DNA from: a bacterium
GTDB lineage: Bacteria > SZUA-182 > DTGQ01 > JAFGSM01
Assembly: GCA_049472355.1 (NCBI GenBank)
Contig: JBLIRP010000006.1
Coordinates: 1 to 13,716 of the forward strand
Reading direction: 5' to 3'
DNA: 13,716 nt
Part shown: positions 6,653-13,716 of the stretch, piece after piece
Numbering within the stretch: the stretch's first letter is position 1
How the letters are laid out: every line of letters begins with the position of its first letter
Notes under the pieces: model-generated
What the model was told of the DNA's origin: nothing
What the model saw: only the letters and a program-made list of their open reading frames with translations
Database searches by the model: none
Translations under genes and position numbers: made by a program

Positions 6653-8002
6653 ATGACCGAAATGTCTTTAGCAGGCAAGGAACACATAACCCTCACAGCA
6701 GAGATAACAAAGCTGAAGAATGAACTGCAGAAGAGGGATCTCGAATACTTTTATTTCAAGACCCTCTATGATGTAAACCAGGAAATAGCACTACTCAATA
6801 ACACCGAGGAGATCATCAATGCCTTTCTCATGATGATCATGGGGACCTTTGGCATCTTTCAGGGCTTCATCGTTCTCATCGACAAGAAGCAGGGGAGGAT
6901 AGACTTTATTGAAGGCAGGGACACGGAAAAGGAAAAGCTCCAACCGGTCATAAAATTCTTGAACAGGGAACATATAACCCGGATCTTTTGTAAAAGACAC
7001 CTGCTGTCCTTTTTTGAACCAAGGCGTGCCTCCGATCACACTCGATTGAACACCGCGGAAAAGGGATTTATTGGGTTTTTGACGGCCGCGGGGATATCCG
7101 CCTTTGTCCCGTTCGTGATCGATGAGCGATTTTCCGGGGGCATCGCCCTCAGCACAAGGATTTCCGGTGAGCCGTTTTCTCAGATAGAGTGTGAGCTCTT
7201 GTCCACGCTTTCAAAACAGCTTGCCATCAATATCCAGAACGCCAAATCGTTTGAAATCATCAAGTACCTGAACACGGACCTCAGGAATAAAAACAAGACC
7301 CTCGAAGAAACACTGGAAAAGATCCATCTCCTTGAAAAGGCCAAGACCCTTTTGTGCAAGTATGTACCCAAATCCCTTGAAAGGATCATTGAGGACCACC
7401 CTGAATCACTTGAGTGTGAGAAACAGGAGCAGGATATTTCCGTCCTGTTTCTGGATATCGAGGGATTCACCGCCATGAGCGAGACCCTCAACTATGAGGA
7501 GATCACCCGGATCATCGAGACCTATTTCTCCCGCTTTTTTGATGACATCTATCGATACGGCGGGGATATTAACATGACCGCCGGGGATGGACTCATGATC
7601 ATCTTTCACAACAAGGATAGATATATTCATGCCCTGAATGCGGTCAGAACGGCTCTTGCCATCAAGCACAGGACACAGCAGCTCATACCGGAAATAAAGG
7701 GGACGAAGATACCCCTGATTATCAATATCGGGATCCATTCAGGTGAGGCGTACATCGGATCGACACGTCTTGAAGGATACTACGGTTCACGATGGACATA
7801 TACGGCCCTTGGGTCAACCGTGAATATGGCTGCACGGATCGGATCATTTGCCACCAAAGGGGAGATCCTCGTGAGCGCCGAGACTGCGTCAAGGGTCAGG
7901 GAGGGTTTCTCCCTGGAAAGGGTTGGATACCAGAGGTTCAAGAATGTAAAAAAGGAGGTCCTTCTGTACAGGGTCATTGAGGAGCATCCGTTGGATCAGT
8001 AA
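6653..8002 (+). CDS. Soluble GAF-domain class III nucleotide cyclase
   Basis: Coiled coil, GAF (FVPFVIDERFSGGIAL...SGEPFS...QLAINIQN), coiled coil, cyclase motifs VLFLDIEGFT, INMTAGDGLMIIF, NIGIHSG, YTALGSTVNMAAR, FKNV...LYRV. ATG 6653 follows AAAGGG; GTG 6620 and ATG 6662 are alternative starts. Confidence 0.9.
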   Translation: MTEMSLAGKEHITLTAEITKLKNELQKRDLEYFYFKTLYDVNQEIALLNNTEEIINAFLMMIMGTFGIFQGFIVLIDKKQGRIDFIEGRDTEKEKLQPVIKFLNREHITRIFCKRHLLSFFEPRRASDHTRLNTAEKGFIGFLTAAGISAFVPFVIDERFSGGIALSTRISGEPFSQIECELLSTLSKQLAINIQNAKSFEIIKYLNTDLRNKNKTLEETLEKIHLLEKAKTLLCKYVPKSLERIIEDHPESLECEKQEQDISVLFLDIEGFTAMSETLNYEEITRIIETYFSRFFDDIYRYGGDINMTAGDGLMIIFHNKDRYIHALNAVRTALAIKHRTQQLIPEIKGTKIPLIINIGIHSGEAYIGSTRLEGYYGSRWTYTALGSTVNMAARIGSFATKGEILVSAETASRVREGFSLERVGYQRFKNVKKEVLLYRVIEEHPLDQ

Positions 8003-8007
8003 CTGGG

Positions 8008-8156
8008 ACCCTGCAGTTATGTGCAGGGTGCAATCATTGCGGATTGCAATGCGCATTCGAAGTTATTTTTCGGGACAGGTCATGATCGCCTGAAATGCCG
8101 TGGTCCAGGAAAATTCCCATGAGCATCCCATGTTATTTTTCGGGAGAGAATCCCGA
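8008..8156. repeat. Structured intergenic spacer: short hairpins plus a 14-bp direct repeat
   Basis: ACCCTGCA-gttatg-TGCAGGGT (8008-8029); GTTATTTTTCGGGA at 8062-8075 and 8132-8145; TCGGGA-gagaa-TCCCGA (8140-8156). Confidence 0.6.
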
Positions 8157-8174
8157 CAAGGGCTGTGAAACATA

Positions 8175-11084
8175 ATGACACAAGACAAGGCAAAACATCT
8201 CGAGATAATGGTATCCGTCATTTTTCTTGCCGCAGTCGGCGTCGTTGCCATTCTCTATCTCTTCAACATCTATCAATGGAGCTTTGCGCCCTTTTTCGGG
8301 CACGGGGTGAGGAAATGCAGCGGATGGGCGATTGTAGGCCGGGTCTATGAGGATGGATACAATGCGGGATTCCGGCTTGGAGACCGGATTCAGGAGGTGA
8401 ACGGCATGCCGGTGGAAAGCATGGCCGGCATCCGGGATCTGGTGAACAGGCAGATAGGGGCGGAAAATCGTTTCGTGGTGTCACGGAACGGGCAGACCCG
8501 CACCGTCATCTACCGGACGACCCAGTTTGGTTTGGCCCGGGCCGCCCTGGTCTTCGGTGTGCCCTGGCTCATGGGAATACTCATCATTGTTATCGGTTCC
8601 TTCGTCTTCCTCACCACCCCCATGGCCGAGAGGCGATGGTCGTTCCTGCTCTTCTGCCTTTGTGCAGGACTGGTGATGATCTTTTTCAACCAGCGCCCCC
8701 TCAGCCCCTCCTGGATACTCATCTTCGAGACCATCGGATTCTGTTTTCTCCCCGCGACCATCCTCCACATGACATTCATATTCCCCTTTTATGAGGAGCG
8801 TGCACGACGGCATCTGTGGTATACCACGATTACCTATGCCGCGTCATTGCTGCTATTCGTAACGACACGGTTCCTCTCTTCCTCATTTGCTGAGTCACCA
8901 AGGTACCTGCGCATCTTCTGGCTCATCTATATATTTTTCTCGATTCTCGTCTTCATATGCATGCTCCTTTATAAATACCGGAAGATCCCTTATCGACTTG
9001 CCAAATCGAAGATACGGGTAATACTCCTGGGCTTTTCTATCGGGGTGCTCCTCCCGCTGGTGGAGCCGATCCTCAACACGCTCTTCGGCGTGTTCATTTT
9101 CCCCACCATCGAACTGGCGATGCTCCCGTTTATCACCGTGTTCCCGCTGTCCATAGCCTATGCAATCGTGAAGCACGATCTTTTCGAGATCGATGTGTTC
9201 GTCAAGCGAACCACCGGATATCTCCTCGCCACCACGCTCATTGCCCTCTTGTATCTTCTGTTCATCCTCGGTGTCAATGTCATCGTCAAGCCGGTATTCA
9301 TACAGCATCACCATGTATTCAATTTTCTCTTCCTTTTGCTGGTGGTATTCTTTTTTAACCCAATTACCAGCAGGGCGCAGGTATTCGTGAACCGCCTCTT
9401 TTTCCGGCAGAAATATGACTATAAGGAGCCGGTGAAACAGCTCCTGAAGGATATCACCTCCATATTCGAACCCGATCTGCTGATCCTGAGGGTCCTTAAT
9501 ATCCTCTCCAATACCATGTTCATCGAGGAGATACGTATTTTTCTCTTCGACACCGAGGATGGCACCTATAATGAATACAATCCTCACGACAACATACTCA
9601 TTAAATCAAAGAATGCGGTCTTCCGAGGATCGAGCCCTCTGGTGAAGGTGTTGCTCCGGGAAAAGAGGGAGGTGCAGAAAGACAACTACTGTGACCAAAC
9701 AAAGCACTTCCCGTATAAAAAGGAGATGCTCCGCATCTTTGATTCATGGAACGTACAACTGATCATTCCATTCATCACCCATGACAAACTCTCCGGTTTC
9801 ATGATGCTCGGGAACATGAAATCGGGCAGGTACTATACGATCGCCGATGTGGAATTCCTGCGCATCATTGCCGACCAGACGGCCATTGCCCTGGAAAACG
9901 TCAACCTCATCCATGACCGTATCGAACAGGAGAAGATCGAAGAGGACCTGAAGATCGCTGGAGTCATCCAGCGGAGAATGCTGCCGGAGGGTTCTCCCAC
10001 AATCAAGGACTTTATCGTGTACAATCAGATCATCCCGAGCAGTGAGATCGGAGGGGACTTCTACGATTTCTTTGAGTTTCCCTCCCAGGGGGAAAAGGAA
10101 CTGGGTATTGTCATGGGGGATATCTCCGGTCATGGCATCTCAGGGGCCTTGCTGATGAGCGCCGCGCATTCGATAAGCCAGAATCAGGTCATCTGCGTAA
10201 AGGATGTTGCCACCGTAATGCAGGAGGTAAACAGGCACATGCTTCGGGAGACCAAGAAGAAGGCATTCGTGGCGTTTATTTATGCACTCCTGTTGCCTGA
10301 CAAGAGGATCATTCTCTCGAATGCCGGCCTGCCTCCTCCGCTCTATTACGATCATGACCGAAAGGAGACGAGATTTCTTAAGACCGAAGGGGAGCGCCTT
10401 CCTCTCGGGATATTCGAAGAACTCTCCTATACCCCGCTCACCCTCTCCCTGAACAAGGGGGATGTGATCATATTGTACACGGATGGCCTGCTGGAGGTCA
10501 AAAATAGGGACAATGAGTTCTTCAACTTCCATCGACTCCGGGAGATATTCGCGCATTCGGTTCACCTGGAGCCGGAGGAGATATATAACCGGATCGTTGA
10601 AGAATTAAGGGACTTCTCAGGGAAAAGGTGCTTTGATGATGATATGACCATCATCATACTCAAACATGTCGAGGCAAGGCCCGTGGATACGCTGTTGTTT
10701 CTTCCCTTCTCTCAGATGACCTTGCAGCTCATTTCACAAGGGATTGAATCCATGGCCCACTTGTATTCATTGTGCGACGAGGAAATCGCCTCCATGAAAA
10801 ACCACCTGAAGAGGATGTATCGAAAGGCGGCGCAGTATCATCAGGAATCGTCTCATGGGTATAAGCTGGTGGCCTCATTCTTCCCGGATGGTCTGAACAG
10901 GGGGATTATTGAGGATGGGCATGCCGGATTTCCAGATGGAGGGGAGAGGGTAGCTGCCTCGAAGGGTATGAAACTTTTGGGGGATTATCATTGTCTGGAG
11001 CTTACGCAGGAAGAGACGGGATTGAGTCATACGAGCATAAGGGGTACCAGCCGGATGATTGTTCATTTCAGAGGTGAGGCCTGA
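8175..11084 (+). CDS. Membrane PDZ / multi-TM / GAF / SpoIIE(PP2C) phosphatase, RsbU-like, with a C-terminal degenerate HATPase-like domain (969 aa)
   Basis: N-terminal TM; PDZ signature NAGFRLGDRIQEVNG; about 8 more TM helices; GAF (LIIPF...LGNMKSGRYYTIADVEFL...QTAIALEN); PP2C motifs IQRRMLP, IGGDFYDF, GDISGHG, NAGLPPPL, YTDGLLE, DDDMTII with metal-binding Asp residues intact. Confidence 0.92.
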   Translation: MTQDKAKHLEIMVSVIFLAAVGVVAILYLFNIYQWSFAPFFGHGVRKCSGWAIVGRVYEDGYNAGFRLGDRIQEVNGMPVESMAGIRDLVNRQIGAENRFVVSRNGQTRTVIYRTTQFGLARAALVFGVPWLMGILIIVIGSFVFLTTPMAERRWSFLLFCLCAGLVMIFFNQRPLSPSWILIFETIGFCFLPATILHMTFIFPFYEERARRHLWYTTITYAASLLLFVTTRFLSSSFAESPRYLRIFWLIYIFFSILVFICMLLYKYRKIPYRLAKSKIRVILLGFSIGVLLPLVEPILNTLFGVFIFPTIELAMLPFITVFPLSIAYAIVKHDLFEIDVFVKRTTGYLLATTLIALLYLLFILGVNVIVKPVFIQHHHVFNFLFLLLVVFFFNPITSRAQVFVNRLFFRQKYDYKEPVKQLLKDITSIFEPDLLILRVLNILSNTMFIEEIRIFLFDTEDGTYNEYNPHDNILIKSKNAVFRGSSPLVKVLLREKREVQKDNYCDQTKHFPYKKEMLRIFDSWNVQLIIPFITHDKLSGFMMLGNMKSGRYYTIADVEFLRIIADQTAIALENVNLIHDRIEQEKIEEDLKIAGVIQRRMLPEGSPTIKDFIVYNQIIPSSEIGGDFYDFFEFPSQGEKELGIVMGDISGHGISGALLMSAAHSISQNQVICVKDVATVMQEVNRHMLRETKKKAFVAFIYALLLPDKRIILSNAGLPPPLYYDHDRKETRFLKTEGERLPLGIFEELSYTPLTLSLNKGDVIILYTDGLLEVKNRDNEFFNFHRLREIFAHSVHLEPEEIYNRIVEELRDFSGKRCFDDDMTIIILKHVEARPVDTLLFLPFSQMTLQLISQGIESMAHLYSLCDEEIASMKNHLKRMYRKAAQYHQESSHGYKLVASFFPDGLNRGIIEDGHAGFPDGGERVAASKGMKLLGDYHCLELTQEETGLSHTSIRGTSRMIVHFRGEA

Positions 11085-11213
11085 GCAATCCGATCGGGCG
11101 GTTTTTGCAGATATAGTCGTATGTATGGTACCTGCTCAATACCTCGGATCTCCTTTACCATGGAGAGCTTTTAGAAATATGACGATAAATAAGTGGAAAA
11201 CGGGAGGTTTTCT

Positions 11214-11603
11214 ATGGCGCGGAAAAAGGAGACACTCAGGGTCCATGTGATCGAGGGTGTCGTTGTCATCTCCACCATGACCGATTTCACCCTGTCAATG
11301 GAAAAGGTCATGGAGGATGTCTATGAGGACCTCTGCAATAAGGGACATAAGAAGATCCTGTTTGAATTCCACCCGGAGAATTATATCACCAGTGCAGGGA
11401 TAGCCATCCTGATCAGCCTCATCAGCGAAGGTATGAAGAGGGATCAGGAAATAGGCCTGACCGGGCTGTCCGATTATTTCAAGAAGATCTTCAACCTGAT
11501 CGGGATTACGCGCTACACCAGGATCTATAATTCGCTTGACGAGGCCCTCCAAAAGATGTCGGAACCCTTGTCCGCTGACCGTGCCCGACAAGTACATGCG
11601 TAG
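11214..11603 (+). CDS. STAS-domain anti-sigma-factor antagonist, RsbV/SpoIIAA-like (129 aa)
   Basis: SD GGGAGG at 11202-11207 before ATG 11214; KKILFEF, YITSAGIAILI (phospho-acceptor Ser position), KIFNLIGI, IYNSLDEAL. Confidence 0.9.
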   Translation: MARKKETLRVHVIEGVVVISTMTDFTLSMEKVMEDVYEDLCNKGHKKILFEFHPENYITSAGIAILISLISEGMKRDQEIGLTGLSDYFKKIFNLIGITRYTRIYNSLDEALQKMSEPLSADRARQVHA

Positions 11604-13478
11604 ATGGAGAATACCACGAGCATAAAGCGCCTACCCATTGGAGAAATCCTGCTCCAGAACGGATTTCTGACAAAGAAACAACTGGACGAGGCGCTCCTTG
11701 TTCAGCAAAGACACAAGGAGCAACGGAAAAGGCTCGGAGAGATACTCATTCAGCGCGGCATCATAAGCGAGGAGGATCTCCTCGACTCGCTGGCCATGCA
11801 GGTCGACATGACCTTCCTCCCCCTCATGAAACCCTATCAGCCCCTCTCATCCCTGGTGATCCAGGACAAGGATCATAATATTCAGCGTTACATAAAGACC
11901 ATGGGCTTTTTCATCGAGATCGGTATCCTCATCAGTGAAAATCCCGACATCAATACCCTGGTGAAATTGATTGCCCAAAAGGCCCCCGCCATTATGGAAG
12001 CGGAGCGCAGCAGCATCTTTTTTCTTGATCGGAATGAAAAGGAACTTCGCTCCTTGATCGCCCTCGGCACAAAGGGGAATGTGCTCCATTTTGACAAGAA
12101 TCTTGGCGTTGCCGGGCACGTGCTGAAGACAGGGAAGCTGGTCAACATCACCGATGCCTACACATGTCCCTTCTTCAATCCCGACATCGACAAGAAGACA
12201 GGGTACACCACCAGGAGCATTCTCTGTACCCCCATTCTCAATCCAAGCGGCAGGCCTTTCGGCGTGTTTGAGGTGCTCAACAAGAGGCAGGGGCATTTCA
12301 CCAAGGAGGACGAAATCCTGATACAGATCCTGGTCTCCCAGATCTCCATTGCCTTCGAGAATATCAACACCTGGAATGAGTTCAAGTTGATCAAGGAGTC
12401 CCTCAGCCAGGAAAACATCAACCTCAGGAGGGAGACAAAGAAGGAATACGGTTTTTCACAGATCATCGGCATGAACGACGGTGTGGTGAAGACCATGGAA
12501 ACGGCGATGCAAACGGCGCAGTTCAATATACCGGTTACCATCGAGGGCGAAAGCGGCACCGGCAAGGAGCTCCTTGCGAAGGCCATCCATTACAACAGCC
12601 CGCGCGCCGAGGCCCCGTTCATCTGTGTGAATTGTGCGGCGATACCGGAAAATCTCCTCGAATCGGAGCTGTTTGGGTATGAAAGGGGTGCGTTCACCGG
12701 TGCCAACACCTCCAGGATCGGGCTCCTGGAGGAGGCCGACAAGGGAACCCTCTTTCTGGACGAGATCGGTGATATGGACCCTAAACTGCAGGTGAAGATC
12801 CTTCGTTTCCTGCAGAGCGGAGAGATTCAGCGGCTGGGGAGCAACAGGATCAAGAGGGTTGATGTACGGATCATTACGGCGACCAACCGGAACCTCGCCC
12901 ATCTCATGAAGGAAGGCAGGTTCAGGGAGGACCTCTACTATCGGATCAATGTGGTGAGCTTCAAGCTATCCCCCCTCAGGGAGCGGAAGGACGATATCCC
13001 GCTTTTGGTGAGGCATTTTGTACAGAAATTCGGTCCATCCTTGAACAGCGCGATCAAGGGGGTCAGCGACGAGGCCCAGGAACTGCTTTTGATGTACACC
13101 TATCCGGGAAATATCAGGGAACTTGAGAATATCATCAAGAGGGCAATGGTCATTGCAGAGGGTCCCCTGATAACACCCCAGGACCTTCCCGAGCACGTGC
13201 AAGCGACGAGGGGCATGGACGCCGGTTTCATAGCCTCCGATGCCCCCATTGCCGCTGTCCAGGACTATACCACCTATAAGCGTATGAAGTCCCAGGCAAA
13301 AAGGGAATTGGAGGAGCACATGGACACACGTTTCCTCACCGATCTTTTAAAGGAGACCGGAGGGAATGTCGCCCGGGCCGCCCGGCAGGCCAATATGAAT
13401 CGCTCCCTTCTCCACCAGATGATCCAGCGATACAACCTGGATATCTATCAATATCGCTCAAAAACAGGGAACAGTTAG
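11604..13478 (+). CDS. sigma54-dependent enhancer-binding activator with N-terminal MshEN-like and GAF domains (624 aa)
   Basis: Tandem (R/P)(L/I)GEIL..G.(L/I)....L...L..Q motifs at aa 11-66; GAF with LNKRQGHFTKEDE; Walker A GESGTGKE, ESELFG, GAFTGA (12687-12704), Walker B LFLDEIGD, RFREDLYYR, YPGNIRELEN; Fis-type HTH GNVARAARQANMNRSLL. Confidence 0.95.
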   Translation: MENTTSIKRLPIGEILLQNGFLTKKQLDEALLVQQRHKEQRKRLGEILIQRGIISEEDLLDSLAMQVDMTFLPLMKPYQPLSSLVIQDKDHNIQRYIKTMGFFIEIGILISENPDINTLVKLIAQKAPAIMEAERSSIFFLDRNEKELRSLIALGTKGNVLHFDKNLGVAGHVLKTGKLVNITDAYTCPFFNPDIDKKTGYTTRSILCTPILNPSGRPFGVFEVLNKRQGHFTKEDEILIQILVSQISIAFENINTWNEFKLIKESLSQENINLRRETKKEYGFSQIIGMNDGVVKTMETAMQTAQFNIPVTIEGESGTGKELLAKAIHYNSPRAEAPFICVNCAAIPENLLESELFGYERGAFTGANTSRIGLLEEADKGTLFLDEIGDMDPKLQVKILRFLQSGEIQRLGSNRIKRVDVRIITATNRNLAHLMKEGRFREDLYYRINVVSFKLSPLRERKDDIPLLVRHFVQKFGPSLNSAIKGVSDEAQELLLMYTYPGNIRELENIIKRAMVIAEGPLITPQDLPEHVQATRGMDAGFIASDAPIAAVQDYTTYKRMKSQAKRELEEHMDTRFLTDLLKETGGNVARAARQANMNRSLLHQMIQRYNLDIYQYRSKTGNS

Positions 13479-13689
13479 AAAATAGTAACAGGTGTTAGTA
13501 TTCAATCACACCCGAATACTATTGAATAACAATAAATAAAACATAGTGTTAGCGACAATATCCATCCATTTGATCATTTCCTTCGCCCGAAAGGTGTTAG
13601 TAAATGATAACAGGTCTGCTCCCTATAACCTGCCCCTGCCCTGATATGACATACGATCCCTTCGTTCGGTTGGTGTTTAATAAGAAACA
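13473..13689. promoter_or_regulatory. Cluster of candidate upstream activator sequences (TGT-N12-ACA type)
   Basis: 18-mers AGTTAGAAAATAGTAACA (13473), TGTTAGTATTCAATCACA (13493), GAATACTATTGAATAACA (13514), TGTTAGCGACAATATCCA (13547), TGTTAGTAAATGATAACA (13595); also TGT-N10-ACA at 13674-13689. Confidence 0.55.
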
Positions 13690-13716
13690 ACAATAACAAT
13701 ATATTAGTAGGATTTT

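Noticed and set aside
6653..8002. Pycsar/CBASS anti-phage system
   Set aside because: No cNMP-binding TIR or TM effector and no CD-NTase nearby; the neighbours are regulatory proteins.
1303..13478. Genome-wide TAG reassignment to explain the two in-frame amber junctions
   Set aside because: csp, the first cyclase and the activator end in TAG at natural domain ends, and no gene has an internal TAG.

Overview
Bacterial chromosomal region; the gene content and moderate GC suggest an anaerobic Desulfobacterota-like organism (inference). Left to right: (1) 5' part of a Tat-exported [NiFe]-hydrogenase small subunit on the minus strand, missing from the ORF track, with its promoter; (2) a frameshifted IS1380-like transposase remnant; (3) a membrane class III adenylate cyclase with a TPR inserted in the catalytic domain and a degenerate HD-GYP tail; (4) a convergent cysE-cysK pair in one frame separated by one TAG, with no canonical start for full-length CysK; (5) a cold-shock gene; (6) about 1 kb of AT-rich DNA with an orphan sigma70-like promoter; (7) a four-gene signalling cluster: GAF-cyclase with an atypical specificity residue, PDZ-multi-TM-GAF-PP2C phosphatase with a degenerate RsbW-like tail, STAS anti-anti-sigma protein, and an MshEN-GAF sigma54 activator followed by repeated TGT-N12-ACA-like boxes. 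The cluster in (7) is the best candidate for an undescribed system: cNMP, c-di-GMP and partner-switch inputs possibly converging on a sigma54 activator. All calls come from reading motifs by eye; no searches were run.
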